DNA of 64,000 nt, taken from NCBI GenBank assembly GCA_041671225.1, contig JBAZBY010000001.1:174940-238939 (forward strand), given 5' to 3'. This stretch comes from Patescibacteria group bacterium. GTDB taxonomy: Bacteria > Patescibacteriota > Patescibacteriia > JBAZBY01. Below the pieces are notes generated by a model. That model searched no databases. It worked only from the letters and a program-made list of their open reading frames with translations, and was not told where the DNA came from. A program made the translations under genes and the position numbers. Positions 45,216 to 54,185 of this stretch are shown here, piece after piece (position 1 is the first letter of the stretch; every line of letters starts with the position of its first letter).

Positions 45216-45442
45216 TAGTGAAATGTCCCCTCTGATTCCCCCACAAGTACCTGAAATGTATAATCCGGATTCGCTCGCAAACGATACGGCTCATCTTTAT
45301 TGCCATGAAAAACAATTTCGCCAGCTTCGGCGGCTTGCGTAAACAACATACGGGAAACCATTTCATCTTTGTGCTTCAAAACTGCAATGCCTTCTGCGTC
45401 GCCTTCTGCTTTAAATCCATTGATATTCACAGGATGTGACAT
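45215..45442 (-). CDS. Small hypothetical protein (paralog of 44970-45215)
   Basis: MSHPVNING...; TGG-TACAAT -10 upstream. Confidence 0.7.
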   Translation of the reverse strand: MSHPVNINGFKAEGDAEGIAVLKHKDEMVSRMLFTQAAEAGEIVFHGNKDEPYRLRANPDYTFQVLVGESEGTFH

Positions 45443-45486
45443 AGTATTGCGCTGTTGGATTGTACCAGAGCAGTCATGCTTTTTCA

Positions 45487-45527
45487 ATAAGAAACGTGCC
45501 CGATCCTCCTCCTGGGGGATCGGGCAC
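45487..45527 (-). terminator. Terminator of the MTAP/PNP-like gene
   Basis: GTGCCCGATCC / GGATCGGGCAC with a T-rich tail on the minus strand. Confidence 0.7.
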
Positions 45528-45603
45528 TGTGAACGAATCCGTTGGGCACGCCAGACTCAAAGTCCGGGAACGAACAAGGAAACGAGATCCCGATGCAGAG
45601 CGC

Positions 45604-46431
45604 TCAGAGACCCGGCACCATGCTGAACACGGAAGGCCGCCCGGTGCAGGCGCAGGTCCACTGAGAGGCATCATGCCCCTGCAGCGAGCCCATCACGCGC
45701 AGGAACGAGCGTGCAAGCGGTTCCTGGCGCGTTGCCATCACCGCAGCGACCTCATCGCCGCTCACCGCCTTCTGCCTTTCGGGGATGTCCGTGACCACGC
45801 AGACGCTCTGGTAGTGCACGTCCTCACCCTGACGGCAGAGCACGGCCTCAGGCGCCGTAGTCGGCATGCCGAGCAGATCCGCCCCAAAGACCCTGTCCAG
45901 TATGCGGACCTCGGCAGGCGTCTCGTAGCGATCCCGAACCGCAACGGCGAGCAGTCCGCCGTCCGTGATCCCCGGGTCCACTGCGAGCAGATGCCGGAGA
46001 TGCGGACAGAAGAAATCGTTGCAGGGACGGAAGTACGCCAACGGATCATGATGCCCCGGCCGATCGAACGTCCACTTCCCCGCGGTGAGGTCGAAGAAGT
46101 CGTGCGGAGCGATGAGCGACCCGAGCTCCATGCCCGGGATTCGGGTGGCGATGCCGCCCGTTGCGGACGTCGCGAGAACGAAGTTCACACCCATCGTATC
46201 CAGCAGAGGGCGCATGTAGCGCTCGTGCTCGAGATCGGGCGGCGGGCAGTACGCACCGAATGCGTAATGCCGCTTCAGAAACACGAACTCAATGTCCCCG
46301 CACTGAACGATGCTGTAGCGCAGGACGTCATGGTACCTGGTGTCCATGGTGTGGTCGGTGACCTCACCAAACTCCCGGAACACGTCCTCCATCCCGGTAC
46401 CTGCGATGACGGCGATCTTGGGAAAGGGCAT
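45604..46431 (-). CDS. MTAP-family purine nucleoside phosphorylase (divergent)
   Basis: IAVIAGTG, FLKRH, ATSATGGI, FCPHLR, RYETPAE, GMPTTAPEA, VTD; SD AGGAGG. Confidence 0.88.
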   Translation of the reverse strand: MPFPKIAVIAGTGMEDVFREFGEVTDHTMDTRYHDVLRYSIVQCGDIEFVFLKRHYAFGAYCPPPDLEHERYMRPLLDTMGVNFVLATSATGGIATRIPGMELGSLIAPHDFFDLTAGKWTFDRPGHHDPLAYFRPCNDFFCPHLRHLLAVDPGITDGGLLAVAVRDRYETPAEVRILDRVFGADLLGMPTTAPEAVLCRQGEDVHYQSVCVVTDIPERQKAVSGDEVAAVMATRQEPLARSFLRVMGSLQGHDASQWTCACTGRPSVFSMVPGL

Positions 46432-46600
46432 GCGTATCCTCCTCAGTTGCGTCGCGCAATGCACGACAAAGAAAGAGCCTTCCTCCTCAAAAAGACGCCG
46501 TGAGCTTACGTATAATAGTGGTTGTTGTCAATACAAAAATGCCGAATAGTGTACGGCGTAGCGTCCCTCGACCACTGACCAGAGGCCAGCTAGTGGCTGA

Positions 46601-46675
46601 TGGTGTCCCCAAGAGGAGTCGAACCTCTGTCTTAGCCTCCGGAGGGCTACGCTCTATCCACTGAGCTATGGGGAC
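46601..46675 (-). tRNA. tRNA-Arg(CCG)
   Basis: GTCCCCA/TGGGGAC acceptor stem, TAGCC-CTCCGGA-GGCTA, GTTCGACTC, encoded CCA. Confidence 0.96.
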
Positions 46676-47435
46676 GCACCTTGTTGTCTCCATTCTGCAC
46701 GAACTCACGGGCAGTATTCATGTCATCAGGATTCGAAAGATGAAGGCACGGTTCTGCAAGCTCCATAACCTTCACTTTCTTTTTTCCTGCAAGTATAGTA
46801 ATGGCATCCGTAAGCTCGTATTCTCCGCGCTCGGATTCTTTTACCTGTTTGATTGTATCAAAAATTTCGGGGAGAAAACGATATAAACTCATATTCGCCA
46901 AATTCCCCGGAGGATTTTCTGATTTTTCCGCTATCTCCTGCAGCATATTGTTCTCTCCAAGAACCGCAATACCAAAATCCTTCGGGTGATCACTTGAAAT
47001 GACACTCATAACATGTAACTCCTCATCAAAGTGTCGTATGCGCTGAAGATCAGATAAAGAATAGAGCTGGTCGCCTGCAAGTGCGATGAACGTCTCTCCT
47101 TTGGTTGCTGCTTCTGCCGCAAGAATTGCCATTGCCGTTCCATAATGATTCTCTGGTGTCACTGCATACTGATTAACCGTCTGTACCTCCAGCCCTGACG
47201 GTGTCTGCTGCAGCACGACATCAAACTGCTCGCGCATGTGTCCCGTTACTACCACCACGCGAGTGAATCCTGCGGCTGCAAGTCGTTCAAGTGCATACAG
47301 TAAAAAGGGCCTCCCTTCAACAGGGAGAAGTGGCTTTGGTGTTGTTGCCGTGAGCTCCTTCATCCGCGTGCCTCGTCCCGCAGCCATAATGACTGCGGTA
47401 TCCACGGGAACGCCCTGCGTATTGTGCTGTTCCAT
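46647..47435 (-). CDS. Sugar-phosphate nucleotidyltransferase
   Basis: AVIMAAGRGTRM..TPKPLL, GTA, SERGEYELTDAI. Confidence 0.9.
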   Translation of the reverse strand: MEQHNTQGVPVDTAVIMAAGRGTRMKELTATTPKPLLPVEGRPFLLYALERLAAAGFTRVVVVTGHMREQFDVVLQQTPSGLEVQTVNQYAVTPENHYGTAMAILAAEAATKGETFIALAGDQLYSLSDLQRIRHFDEELHVMSVISSDHPKDFGIAVLGENNMLQEIAEKSENPPGNLANMSLYRFLPEIFDTIKQVKESERGEYELTDAITILAGKKKVKVMELAEPCLHLSNPDDMNTAREFVQNGDNKVRPHSSVDRA

Positions 47436-47504
47436 ACTTCAGATACAAATGTGGTGAACGTGGCGCCATATGATCCGCGCCTGACGCATCTTTCGGGCTA
47501 GAGT

Positions 47505-48491
47505 CTACCAGACCCGATGGTGTTTGAGAAGCGCACCGATCCGATATGCTGGATACAACAGATACCGGTACGGAAAATCCGAGCTGCGCGGCCAGGCAAC
47601 GCGCGCACCGCCAAATCCTTCCTTAAAACGTGTAATGCCGGCCCAAGGGTGAACAGCACCTGCATCTGCTGGGGCGACACCGCGAAAATCATACCGCCGG
47701 TATCCATGTGCCTTTGCATACTGCAGCCCCTCCCAATGGAGAAGAAATGGCGCCATAACATTCTTATGCTCATCAGATGATGCGCCATGGGCATACGTCA
47801 TGGTCGTACCAAAAAAAAGAGCAAGGCTAATTGCGACGGGCGTGCCTTCATAGCGGGCAACAAAAATCTTTAGGCTGCACTTTTCTGGTATGGGAGTGCC
47901 TGATTCCGCGAGAACAACGAACATCTTCTTAAAGTACTCCAATGGTTCACTCTGAATCTCATGCCGCGTGGCTGTTCGTTCAGTAAGGTCAAGAAAGGCT
48001 GCCAAGCCTTTATCGTTCGTCTCGTCAGCAACAACAACGCCCTTCTTTTGCGCGAGGCGAATGTTGTATCGCGTCTTCTGATGCATTGCCGCGAGTAATT
48101 CCTCTTCATTCTGCGTGACATCGACAACAACGGTATCCTGTGGTTGTGTTGCGGAAACAGGAAAGCCAGGTTCGATCATGTGTACCGGATCAACGCGAAC
48201 AAAAAGACGTCCATCAGCGCGCTGTTGGAGTTCTTTGCGAAAATCCTGCCACTGCGCCATCTTCGCATCATCATGAAAAAGCGGGCCACGGGGAATATAA
48301 AAGTAACCCATACCGCGCGGCAGTGGCATGGTGATGATCTGTGCCTGAACGTTGCCGTTCGTAAGCCGTACGACGCTACGGCCAGTTGCTTCTTGAAATG
48401 TTCCCCATTCCCATGACTGCGTAAAAGGATCATGCGCTCCTGTAAGGAGTGCGCGATTCCATTCTTCTGCTGTGCCTTCCAAGAAACTCAT
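47505..48491 (-). CDS. FemAB/FemX-family lipid II:aminoacyl transferase
   Basis: QSWEWG, YIPRGP, KTRYNIRLA, YDFRG, GITRFKEGFGG. Confidence 0.92.
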   Translation of the reverse strand: MSFLEGTAEEWNRALLTGAHDPFTQSWEWGTFQEATGRSVVRLTNGNVQAQIITMPLPRGMGYFYIPRGPLFHDDAKMAQWQDFRKELQQRADGRLFVRVDPVHMIEPGFPVSATQPQDTVVVDVTQNEEELLAAMHQKTRYNIRLAQKKGVVVADETNDKGLAAFLDLTERTATRHEIQSEPLEYFKKMFVVLAESGTPIPEKCSLKIFVARYEGTPVAISLALFFGTTMTYAHGASSDEHKNVMAPFLLHWEGLQYAKAHGYRRYDFRGVAPADAGAVHPWAGITRFKEGFGGARVAWPRSSDFPYRYLLYPAYRIGALLKHHRVW

Positions 48492-49051
48492 GCAAGTTGT
48501 CGCAACGCTTCACGAATCTGCTCTGTGGTGTCTGCAACTTCATCAGGGACCTTGGCGAGTGCTTCGCGCGCTTCCTGTGCCCGGTACCCCAAGCCGATCA
48601 ATGCTTCAAATGCGTCCGTGCGTTCCGGCGTCAAACTTTGTGCAAGTTCTTTGCCGCCGAACTTCTCCTTGAGTTCAACGATAATCCGCTCCGCAGTCTT
48701 CTTCCCGATGCCAGAAACTTTTGTGAGCATGCCTGTATCCGCAGAACGAACGGATTTTTGGATATCCTGCGCAGATGCCAATGACAGAATGCCAAGCGCC
48801 GTTTTTGGGCCAACGCCGCTCACGGTAATTAATGCAAGAAAAATTTCGCGTTCAAAAAGAGAAGCAAAGCCATAAAGCTCCATCGCGTTCTCACGGAGAT
48901 GCGTATGCACAAAAAGGGCAATTGCTGCGCCTTTCCTCTTTCCCTGCTTCACGCGGGCACTCACTGCGAGTTCATAGCCAACGCCCTGCACATTCAGAAT
49001 AAGAGTGCGTTCGGTAACTTCCTGCAGTGTGCCTTCAAGATAGCCAATCAT
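48488..49051 (-). CDS. ruvA: Holliday junction branch migration protein RuvA
   Basis: MIGYLEG, GVGYEL, VSGVGPKTA, GIGKKTAERII. Confidence 0.97.
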   Translation of the reverse strand: MIGYLEGTLQEVTERTLILNVQGVGYELAVSARVKQGKRKGAAIALFVHTHLRENAMELYGFASLFEREIFLALITVSGVGPKTALGILSLASAQDIQKSVRSADTGMLTKVSGIGKKTAERIIVELKEKFGGKELAQSLTPERTDAFEALIGLGYRAQEAREALAKVPDEVADTTEQIREALRQLA

Positions 49052-49085
49052 CGTGCCTCCACCCTACCAATGTCAGAGAAAATTG

Positions 49086-49123
49086 AAAAGGCCTGCCCCC
49101 ATTCTCCAGGTGGGGGTAGGCCT
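49086..49123 (-). terminator. Terminator of the cupin gene
   Basis: AGGCCTACCCCCA / TGGGGGCAGGCCT followed by T's. Confidence 0.7.
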
Positions 49124-49155
49124 CGCTTGGCAAGATGATGCGCTATACCACGCAT

Positions 49156-49575
49156 CTAGATTCGACCGAAGTCATCTTCGAAACGAACGACGTCGGCGAG
49201 CTGGGGCGTTGAAACCTCCAGCAAGATAGCGACGCCATCTCGCGCATGGACGCGGTGCACCGTTCCCGGCGCCAGAATGAACACATCGTCCTTGTAAAGA
49301 GTCATCTCCGTGAGTTCCTCCGGAGAGGGCCCCACGAAAACCTGCACGGGACCATTCAGCACCACCCAGGCCTCCTCCTTCTCGTCGTGGCGCTGAAGAG
49401 AAAACCGTGCTCCTCGGTTGATGACGAGGGTCTTGAGGGCGAATCCCTGTCCGAACACGATCCATTCCTCGCGACCCCAAGGCTTGATCACCCGGACGGT
49501 CTCCACTCGCCCAGTGAACCCCTCCGGAACCTGCAGCGCCATCGGATTGAACTGACCATCACGAACGACCCTCAT
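49156..49575 (-). CDS. Cupin protein (mannose-6-phosphate isomerase type II C-terminal-like)
   Basis: KPWG, SLQRH..KEE.W, PGTVHR, LEVSTP..DVVRFEDDFGR; SD AAGGAGGG. Confidence 0.85.
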   Translation of the reverse strand: MRVVRDGQFNPMALQVPEGFTGRVETVRVIKPWGREEWIVFGQGFALKTLVINRGARFSLQRHDEKEEAWVVLNGPVQVFVGPSPEELTEMTLYKDDVFILAPGTVHRVHARDGVAILLEVSTPQLADVVRFEDDFGRI

Positions 49576-49764
49576 ACCGCGTACCCTCCTTCCTTGTGTT
49601 TGCGGTGCGCCCCACTTTACCAAAAAGAAGATTTTCGTCAATGGAAAATCCGACAGCACTCCTCCCTATGTACTGTTGGATTCGAGGGGGATGCCCCCTG
49701 TTGTACGAATGGACGGACGGACGACTCTTGATACGATCCGGTAGAGGGGGCATGGCAGCGGCTC

Positions 49765-50178
49765 CTAAAAGCCTGACCGCTCGCCGATATCGGCCGGCGA
49801 CTTCATGGGGGACCCCGGCGAATCAAGTCCCGCGAGCTCCGGAACGTCGCGACAACTCTCTCGTTGTTCAAACAGATCCGCAAGCTCAAGAGAGGCGAGC
49901 AACATCGAGATCTTGGTCCCGATGATCCACACTACCCGAGGCGCGGGATTGCGTTTTTCGAGCTCGTCCATCAACGCGCCCATGCCGTCCACGATGCTAT
50001 GGGTGGCAACCCGCAGGCCGCTCAGGTCGACGATGACGAGAGTGGCCTCCAGAGCAATGACCCCAGTCGCTCCGGACAGAACGGCGCTATCGCGAGAGGT
50101 GATACATATCCCTTCAGCCGTCACAAGATGGCCGCTCTGGCCTTCTCCGTAACCGAAGGGTTGGTGTTTCAGCTTCAT
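49765..50178 (-). CDS. Degenerate STAS-domain protein
   Basis: LVIVDLSGLRVATHS..GMGAL....LLASLELADLF; SD AAGGAG. Confidence 0.6.
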   Translation of the reverse strand: MKLKHQPFGYGEGQSGHLVTAEGICITSRDSAVLSGATGVIALEATLVIVDLSGLRVATHSIVDGMGALMDELEKRNPAPRVVWIIGTKISMLLASLELADLFEQRESCRDVPELAGLDSPGSPMKSPADIGERSGF

Positions 50179-50221
50179 GAATGCTCCTTCTTGTACGACG
50201 AGTACCACGCCTCAAACAAAG

Positions 50222-50602
50222 TCACGCATCGCACTCTCCCGTACGCTGCTCACGCGACTGCCACGTGAGGGCGACCGCCTCGTCCTCAACAATCTCGAAG
50301 ACCTCGTCGAGGCCGAGAGTATGCAGCATGTGCATGAACCGACGCGATACACCGCAGAAGATGAGTGGCGTGTTCCGGTTCATGCAGTGCGCGTGGAGTG
50401 TGACGAGCTTGCCGACGAAGATCGAGTTGATAAGTGTGAGCTCGGCACAGTCCACGATGACGCGGTTCACGTCCCGTGTCACGTCCTTCACGCTACATAC
50501 GAAGTCCTCGTGATCGCCATCGGACACAAAGGGTCCGAAAAGCTGCACAACGCGTGCGTGGACCCCGCCCGGTATGGGAAGGGTTCTGACGATGATGGTC
50601 AT
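50222..50602 (-). CDS. STAS-domain anti-sigma factor antagonist-like protein
   Basis: VIVDCAELTLINSIFVGKLV..LIFCGVS..MLHTLGLDEVFEIVEDEAVAL; SD GGAGG. Confidence 0.85.
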   Translation of the reverse strand: MTIIVRTLPIPGGVHARVVQLFGPFVSDGDHEDFVCSVKDVTRDVNRVIVDCAELTLINSIFVGKLVTLHAHCMNRNTPLIFCGVSRRFMHMLHTLGLDEVFEIVEDEAVALTWQSREQRTGECDA

Positions 50603-50775
50603 CGCAAACCTCCATGATCCCTTGCGGAATCGATGAGTGGCACGTTCCGCCCTTTGGATTTCAAAGAGCCAATCACCGTAACGTAAAGACTGGTGATTGT
50701 CAACGCGTTGTGCACTTTATGATGAAGCACTTGCCGGCCACGCATAAGTCCGCGAGGGACGAAGGCGAATCAATG

Positions 50776-50811
50776 AAAAGAGGGGGCCGTCCGGCTTTGC
50801 CGGACGGCCCC
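50776..50811 (-). terminator. Terminator after the 50824-51456 lipoprotein gene
   Basis: GGGGCCGTCCGGC-AAA-GCCGGACGGCCCC then CTCTTTT. Confidence 0.8.
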
Positions 50812-50823
50812 ACACAGCATCAC

Positions 50824-51456
50824 CTACTCCGCAACGCAGAGAAAGAGCTGTTGCGCTTCACGGGCAATCGCCCGCGTAGTCTCCTCCTCGCTCGAATGCA
50901 GGAAGATACGCGGCGTCACGAACGTAAGCGGCGAACTGGTCACAAGAGCAAGGCAAGAGAAACGCCCGCCGTCTGCGAGCAGATCCATAGGCAGCGCATT
51001 CACGGGTATCGTTGCGCGGTGATCGCGCGTTTGCCCGCCTTCGTAGTACGCCGCGATCCGGCGGTCGCCTTCGCCAAGGTCATACGCAAAGAACCAGCCC
51101 TCGTATGTTGCAAGCGTTTCCGCTCGTGAGCGCGAGAACCATGTGGTCTCTGCAAACCCCAGAACCGTCGCCGTCTTGAGTGCCCCGTTCCGGAACAGGG
51201 CAACGAGCATGCGAATCTCGTCCTCCGCTTCCACGGGAATCAGCAACGCTTCCGTGCCGTCACCATACGCCACGTGCCATGCGCGGTCGTACTCTACCAA
51301 TCCCAGATTCTCGGAAAGTGGAAGCTGCCTCACGTCCGAGAGCAACGCGTGCTCGGCTCCCACAACAGAAGCCTCCAACAACATAGACTCCGGCGCAACA
51401 ATATCCTCGGCGCATCCGCACATCACGAATACGCACGCCAGCATCAGCAGTTTCAT
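50824..51456 (-). CDS. Hypothetical lipoprotein
   Basis: MKLLMLACVFVMCG-C lipobox; SD GGAGG; promoter TTGACA-17-TATCCT at 51543-51571. Confidence 0.7.
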   Translation of the reverse strand: MKLLMLACVFVMCGCAEDIVAPESMLLEASVVGAEHALLSDVRQLPLSENLGLVEYDRAWHVAYGDGTEALLIPVEAEDEIRMLVALFRNGALKTATVLGFAETTWFSRSRAETLATYEGWFFAYDLGEGDRRIAAYYEGGQTRDHRATIPVNALPMDLLADGGRFSCLALVTSSPLTFVTPRIFLHSSEEETTRAIAREAQQLFLCVAE

Positions 51457-51647
51457 CGTCTTTTCCTCCATACGAAAAAAAGCCCGCGCCACTGCACGAG
51501 CCACCAGAATTAAAAAAGGGCGGTACTTCCGCCACTGCACACAGGATACTCCGGAACGAAAAATGTGTCAAAAAAATGGAAACCCGAGAACAACCCTCTC
51601 TCTGTATTGAGATCAACAGTCGGGAAAACTCATTTCTTCATTCTTCT

Positions 51648-51678
51648 CTACTCCCAACAACCTACAACCTACCACCTA
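51648..51678 (+). repeat. Short degenerate heptamer tandem repeat
   Basis: CTACTCC CAACAAC CTACAAC CTACCAC CTA upstream of uvrB. Confidence 0.4.
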
Positions 51679-51700
51679 TTTCCTGCTACAATGAATGAAT

Positions 51701-53725
51701 ATGGATTTCAAACTACACGCCGACTTCAAACCAACAGGTGACCAACCGCAGGCAATCCGCGGTTTGATTAATGGTGTAAAAAAGGGGGCGCGCGACCAAA
51801 CGCTTCTCGGTGTGACCGGCTCAGGAAAAACCTTCACCATGGCGAACGTCATTGCAGAACTACAGCGTCCCACACTTATCATCTCCCACAACAAGACCCT
51901 CGCCGCGCAGCTTGCGAGCGAATTCCGGGAATTCTTCCCCAAAAGCGCCGTACACTACTTTGTCTCATACTACGACTACTACCAACCAGAAGCGTACGTC
52001 GCACGCAGTGACACCTTCATTGAAAAAGAAACGGACATCAATGAAGAGATCGAGCGTCTGCGCCATGCGGCAACACAGGCACTGCTGACGCGCAAAGATG
52101 TCATCATCGTTGCCTCTGTCTCCTGCATTTATGGTTTGGGTTCGCCAGCAAAGTATGGTGCACAACGGCTCACACTGCATGCGGGCCAGCGCGTTTCCCT
52201 GCGCGATGTGTTGAAGGACCTCACGCAAATACAATTCACACGCAATGACATTGATTTCACTCGCGGTTCCTTCCGCGTGAAAGGCGATGTACTCGATATC
52301 TTCCCGACCTTCGCGGACGAAGAAGTAATCCGCGTTGAATTCTACGGAGATGAAATCGACACCATCAGCACCATCAACGCCATCACGGGAAAAACCGTGC
52401 GTAAAGAAAAAGACGTGCAGGTCTTTCCCGCTTCGCTTTATATTGCAGAACAGAATGACATCCCAGACATGGTGAAAACGATCCGCAAGGAAATGGCCGC
52501 GCGCGTTGCCTGGTTCAAAAAAGCGGGCAAACTCATTGAGGCGCAACGCATTGAGGAACGCGTGAACTTTGATACGGAAATGCTCCTAGCAACAGGCTTC
52601 ACCTCTGGCATTGAGAACTATTCGCGATACATGGATGGCCGCAAGCCAGGCGAAGCATCATACACGCTCATTAATTACTTCCAAGAAGCGGCAAAGGCAG
52701 CAACGGGTAACCCAAAAGATTTTCTCCTCTTTATTGATGAATCACACATGACCGTTCCGCAAATTGGTGCGATGCATGAGGGGGACAAAAGCCGTAAAGT
52801 AACTCTTGTAGATTATGGATTCCGCCTGCCCTCTGCGCTTGATAATCGTCCGCTGACCTTCAAAGAATTTCGCGAGCGCACCGGCCAGACGATCTATGTC
52901 TCGGCCACGCCGGGTCCATATGAAAAAAAAGTCTCCACAAAGACCGTGCAGCAACTCATTCGTCCTACGGGTCTTCTGGACCCCTCTATTGAGGTGAAGC
53001 CAACGGAACATCAGGTTGATGACTTAGTCGAACAGATTCAGGCGCGGCTCAAAAAGAAACAACGCGTGCTCGTCACCACACTCACAAAAAAGATGTCCGA
53101 GGATTTATCTGAATACATCGCCAATCTTGGAATCAAGGTCACATATCTTCATTCTGATATTGACACGCTTGATCGCATCGACATTTTGCGTGACCTGCGG
53201 CTTGGGAAGGTCGATGTTCTCATTGGCATCAACCTCCTGCGCGAGGGGCTCGACCTGCCGGAGGTTTCCCTTGTTGCGATCCTTGATGCCGATAAAGAAG
53301 GCTTCCTCCGTTCTGAGACGTCACTCGTGCAAACAATCGGTCGCGTGGCGCGCCATAGAGAAGGTCATGCTATTCTCTATGCAGACCGAATCACCGGAAG
53401 TATGAAACGCGCAATCGATGAGACAGAACGCCGGAGGGCATCACAACAAGCATATAATGATCAACACGGTATCACTCCCGCATCGATCAAGAAGGCAGTA
53501 CGCGATGACCGCTTTGCCGGCAAAAAACATGAAGAAGCGGATGTGCTGCTTCCGAAGATAAAAGACATACCTCCGGAAGAACTCCCGCATATCACACATC
53601 AACTGGAAGAAAAAATGGAACTTGCCGCACAGAACCTGGATTTTGAAGAAGCCGCCAGATTGCGCGATCTTATCGCAAAACTTTCTCCAAAAAAAACCAT
53701 ACGCAGTAAACGAGGCAAGCGATGA
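51701..53725 (+). CDS. uvrB: Excinuclease ABC subunit B
   Basis: LGVTGSGKT, YYDYYQPEAY, DESH, GINLLREGLDLPEV, UVR domain. Confidence 0.98.
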   Translation: MDFKLHADFKPTGDQPQAIRGLINGVKKGARDQTLLGVTGSGKTFTMANVIAELQRPTLIISHNKTLAAQLASEFREFFPKSAVHYFVSYYDYYQPEAYVARSDTFIEKETDINEEIERLRHAATQALLTRKDVIIVASVSCIYGLGSPAKYGAQRLTLHAGQRVSLRDVLKDLTQIQFTRNDIDFTRGSFRVKGDVLDIFPTFADEEVIRVEFYGDEIDTISTINAITGKTVRKEKDVQVFPASLYIAEQNDIPDMVKTIRKEMAARVAWFKKAGKLIEAQRIEERVNFDTEMLLATGFTSGIENYSRYMDGRKPGEASYTLINYFQEAAKAATGNPKDFLLFIDESHMTVPQIGAMHEGDKSRKVTLVDYGFRLPSALDNRPLTFKEFRERTGQTIYVSATPGPYEKKVSTKTVQQLIRPTGLLDPSIEVKPTEHQVDDLVEQIQARLKKKQRVLVTTLTKKMSEDLSEYIANLGIKVTYLHSDIDTLDRIDILRDLRLGKVDVLIGINLLREGLDLPEVSLVAILDADKEGFLRSETSLVQTIGRVARHREGHAILYADRITGSMKRAIDETERRRASQQAYNDQHGITPASIKKAVRDDRFAGKKHEEADVLLPKIKDIPPEELPHITHQLEEKMELAAQNLDFEEAARLRDLIAKLSPKKTIRSKRGKR

Positions 53726-54144
53726 AAACCGTACTCACCTTTGGCACCTTCGACCTCTTTCATGAAGGGCATAAAAAATATCTTGAACAAGCACGCGCAT
53801 ATGGCGACAAGCTTGTTGTTGTTGTGGCACGAGACGAAACGGTATTCGTTATGAAAGGTCATTATCCTGACGAACGCGAAGAGCAACGCATCAAGCGCGT
53901 TCTTGCCTCAGGGCTCGCTGATGAGGTGGTACTTGGCTCAAACCATGAATACTTCCAAATACTCGACCTCTACCCGCCGAATGTCGTGGTCCTGGGGTAT
54001 GATCAATCAAATGAACTGACCGAGCAGCTTGAAGATGAACTTCAAAAACGCGGCATTGAAGCTGAGATTTTGCGCGCTGAACCATACAAGCCAGAACAAT
54101 TCCATAGCTCCCTGCTACGAAAAAAGCCCCGGGAAAAATCCTAG
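53722..54144 (+). CDS. Cytidylyltransferase-family protein (FAD synthase RibL-like)
   Basis: FGTFDLFHEGH, VVVARD, LGYDQ. Confidence 0.85.
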   Translation: MKTVLTFGTFDLFHEGHKKYLEQARAYGDKLVVVVARDETVFVMKGHYPDEREEQRIKRVLASGLADEVVLGSNHEYFQILDLYPPNVVVLGYDQSNELTEQLEDELQKRGIEAEILRAEPYKPEQFHSSLLRKKPREKS

Positions 54145-54185
54145 GGCTTGCCTACACAGATCCTTAGTCTGTGAGGCGGAAAGAG

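Noticed and set aside
45460-46503. 347-aa plus-strand ORF
   Set aside because: It is antisense to the MTAP-like gene, which has the motifs, SD, promoter and terminator.
45487-46620. tRNA-Arg 3' end as the attachment site of an island
   Set aside because: No duplicated tRNA 3' end and no integrase were seen.
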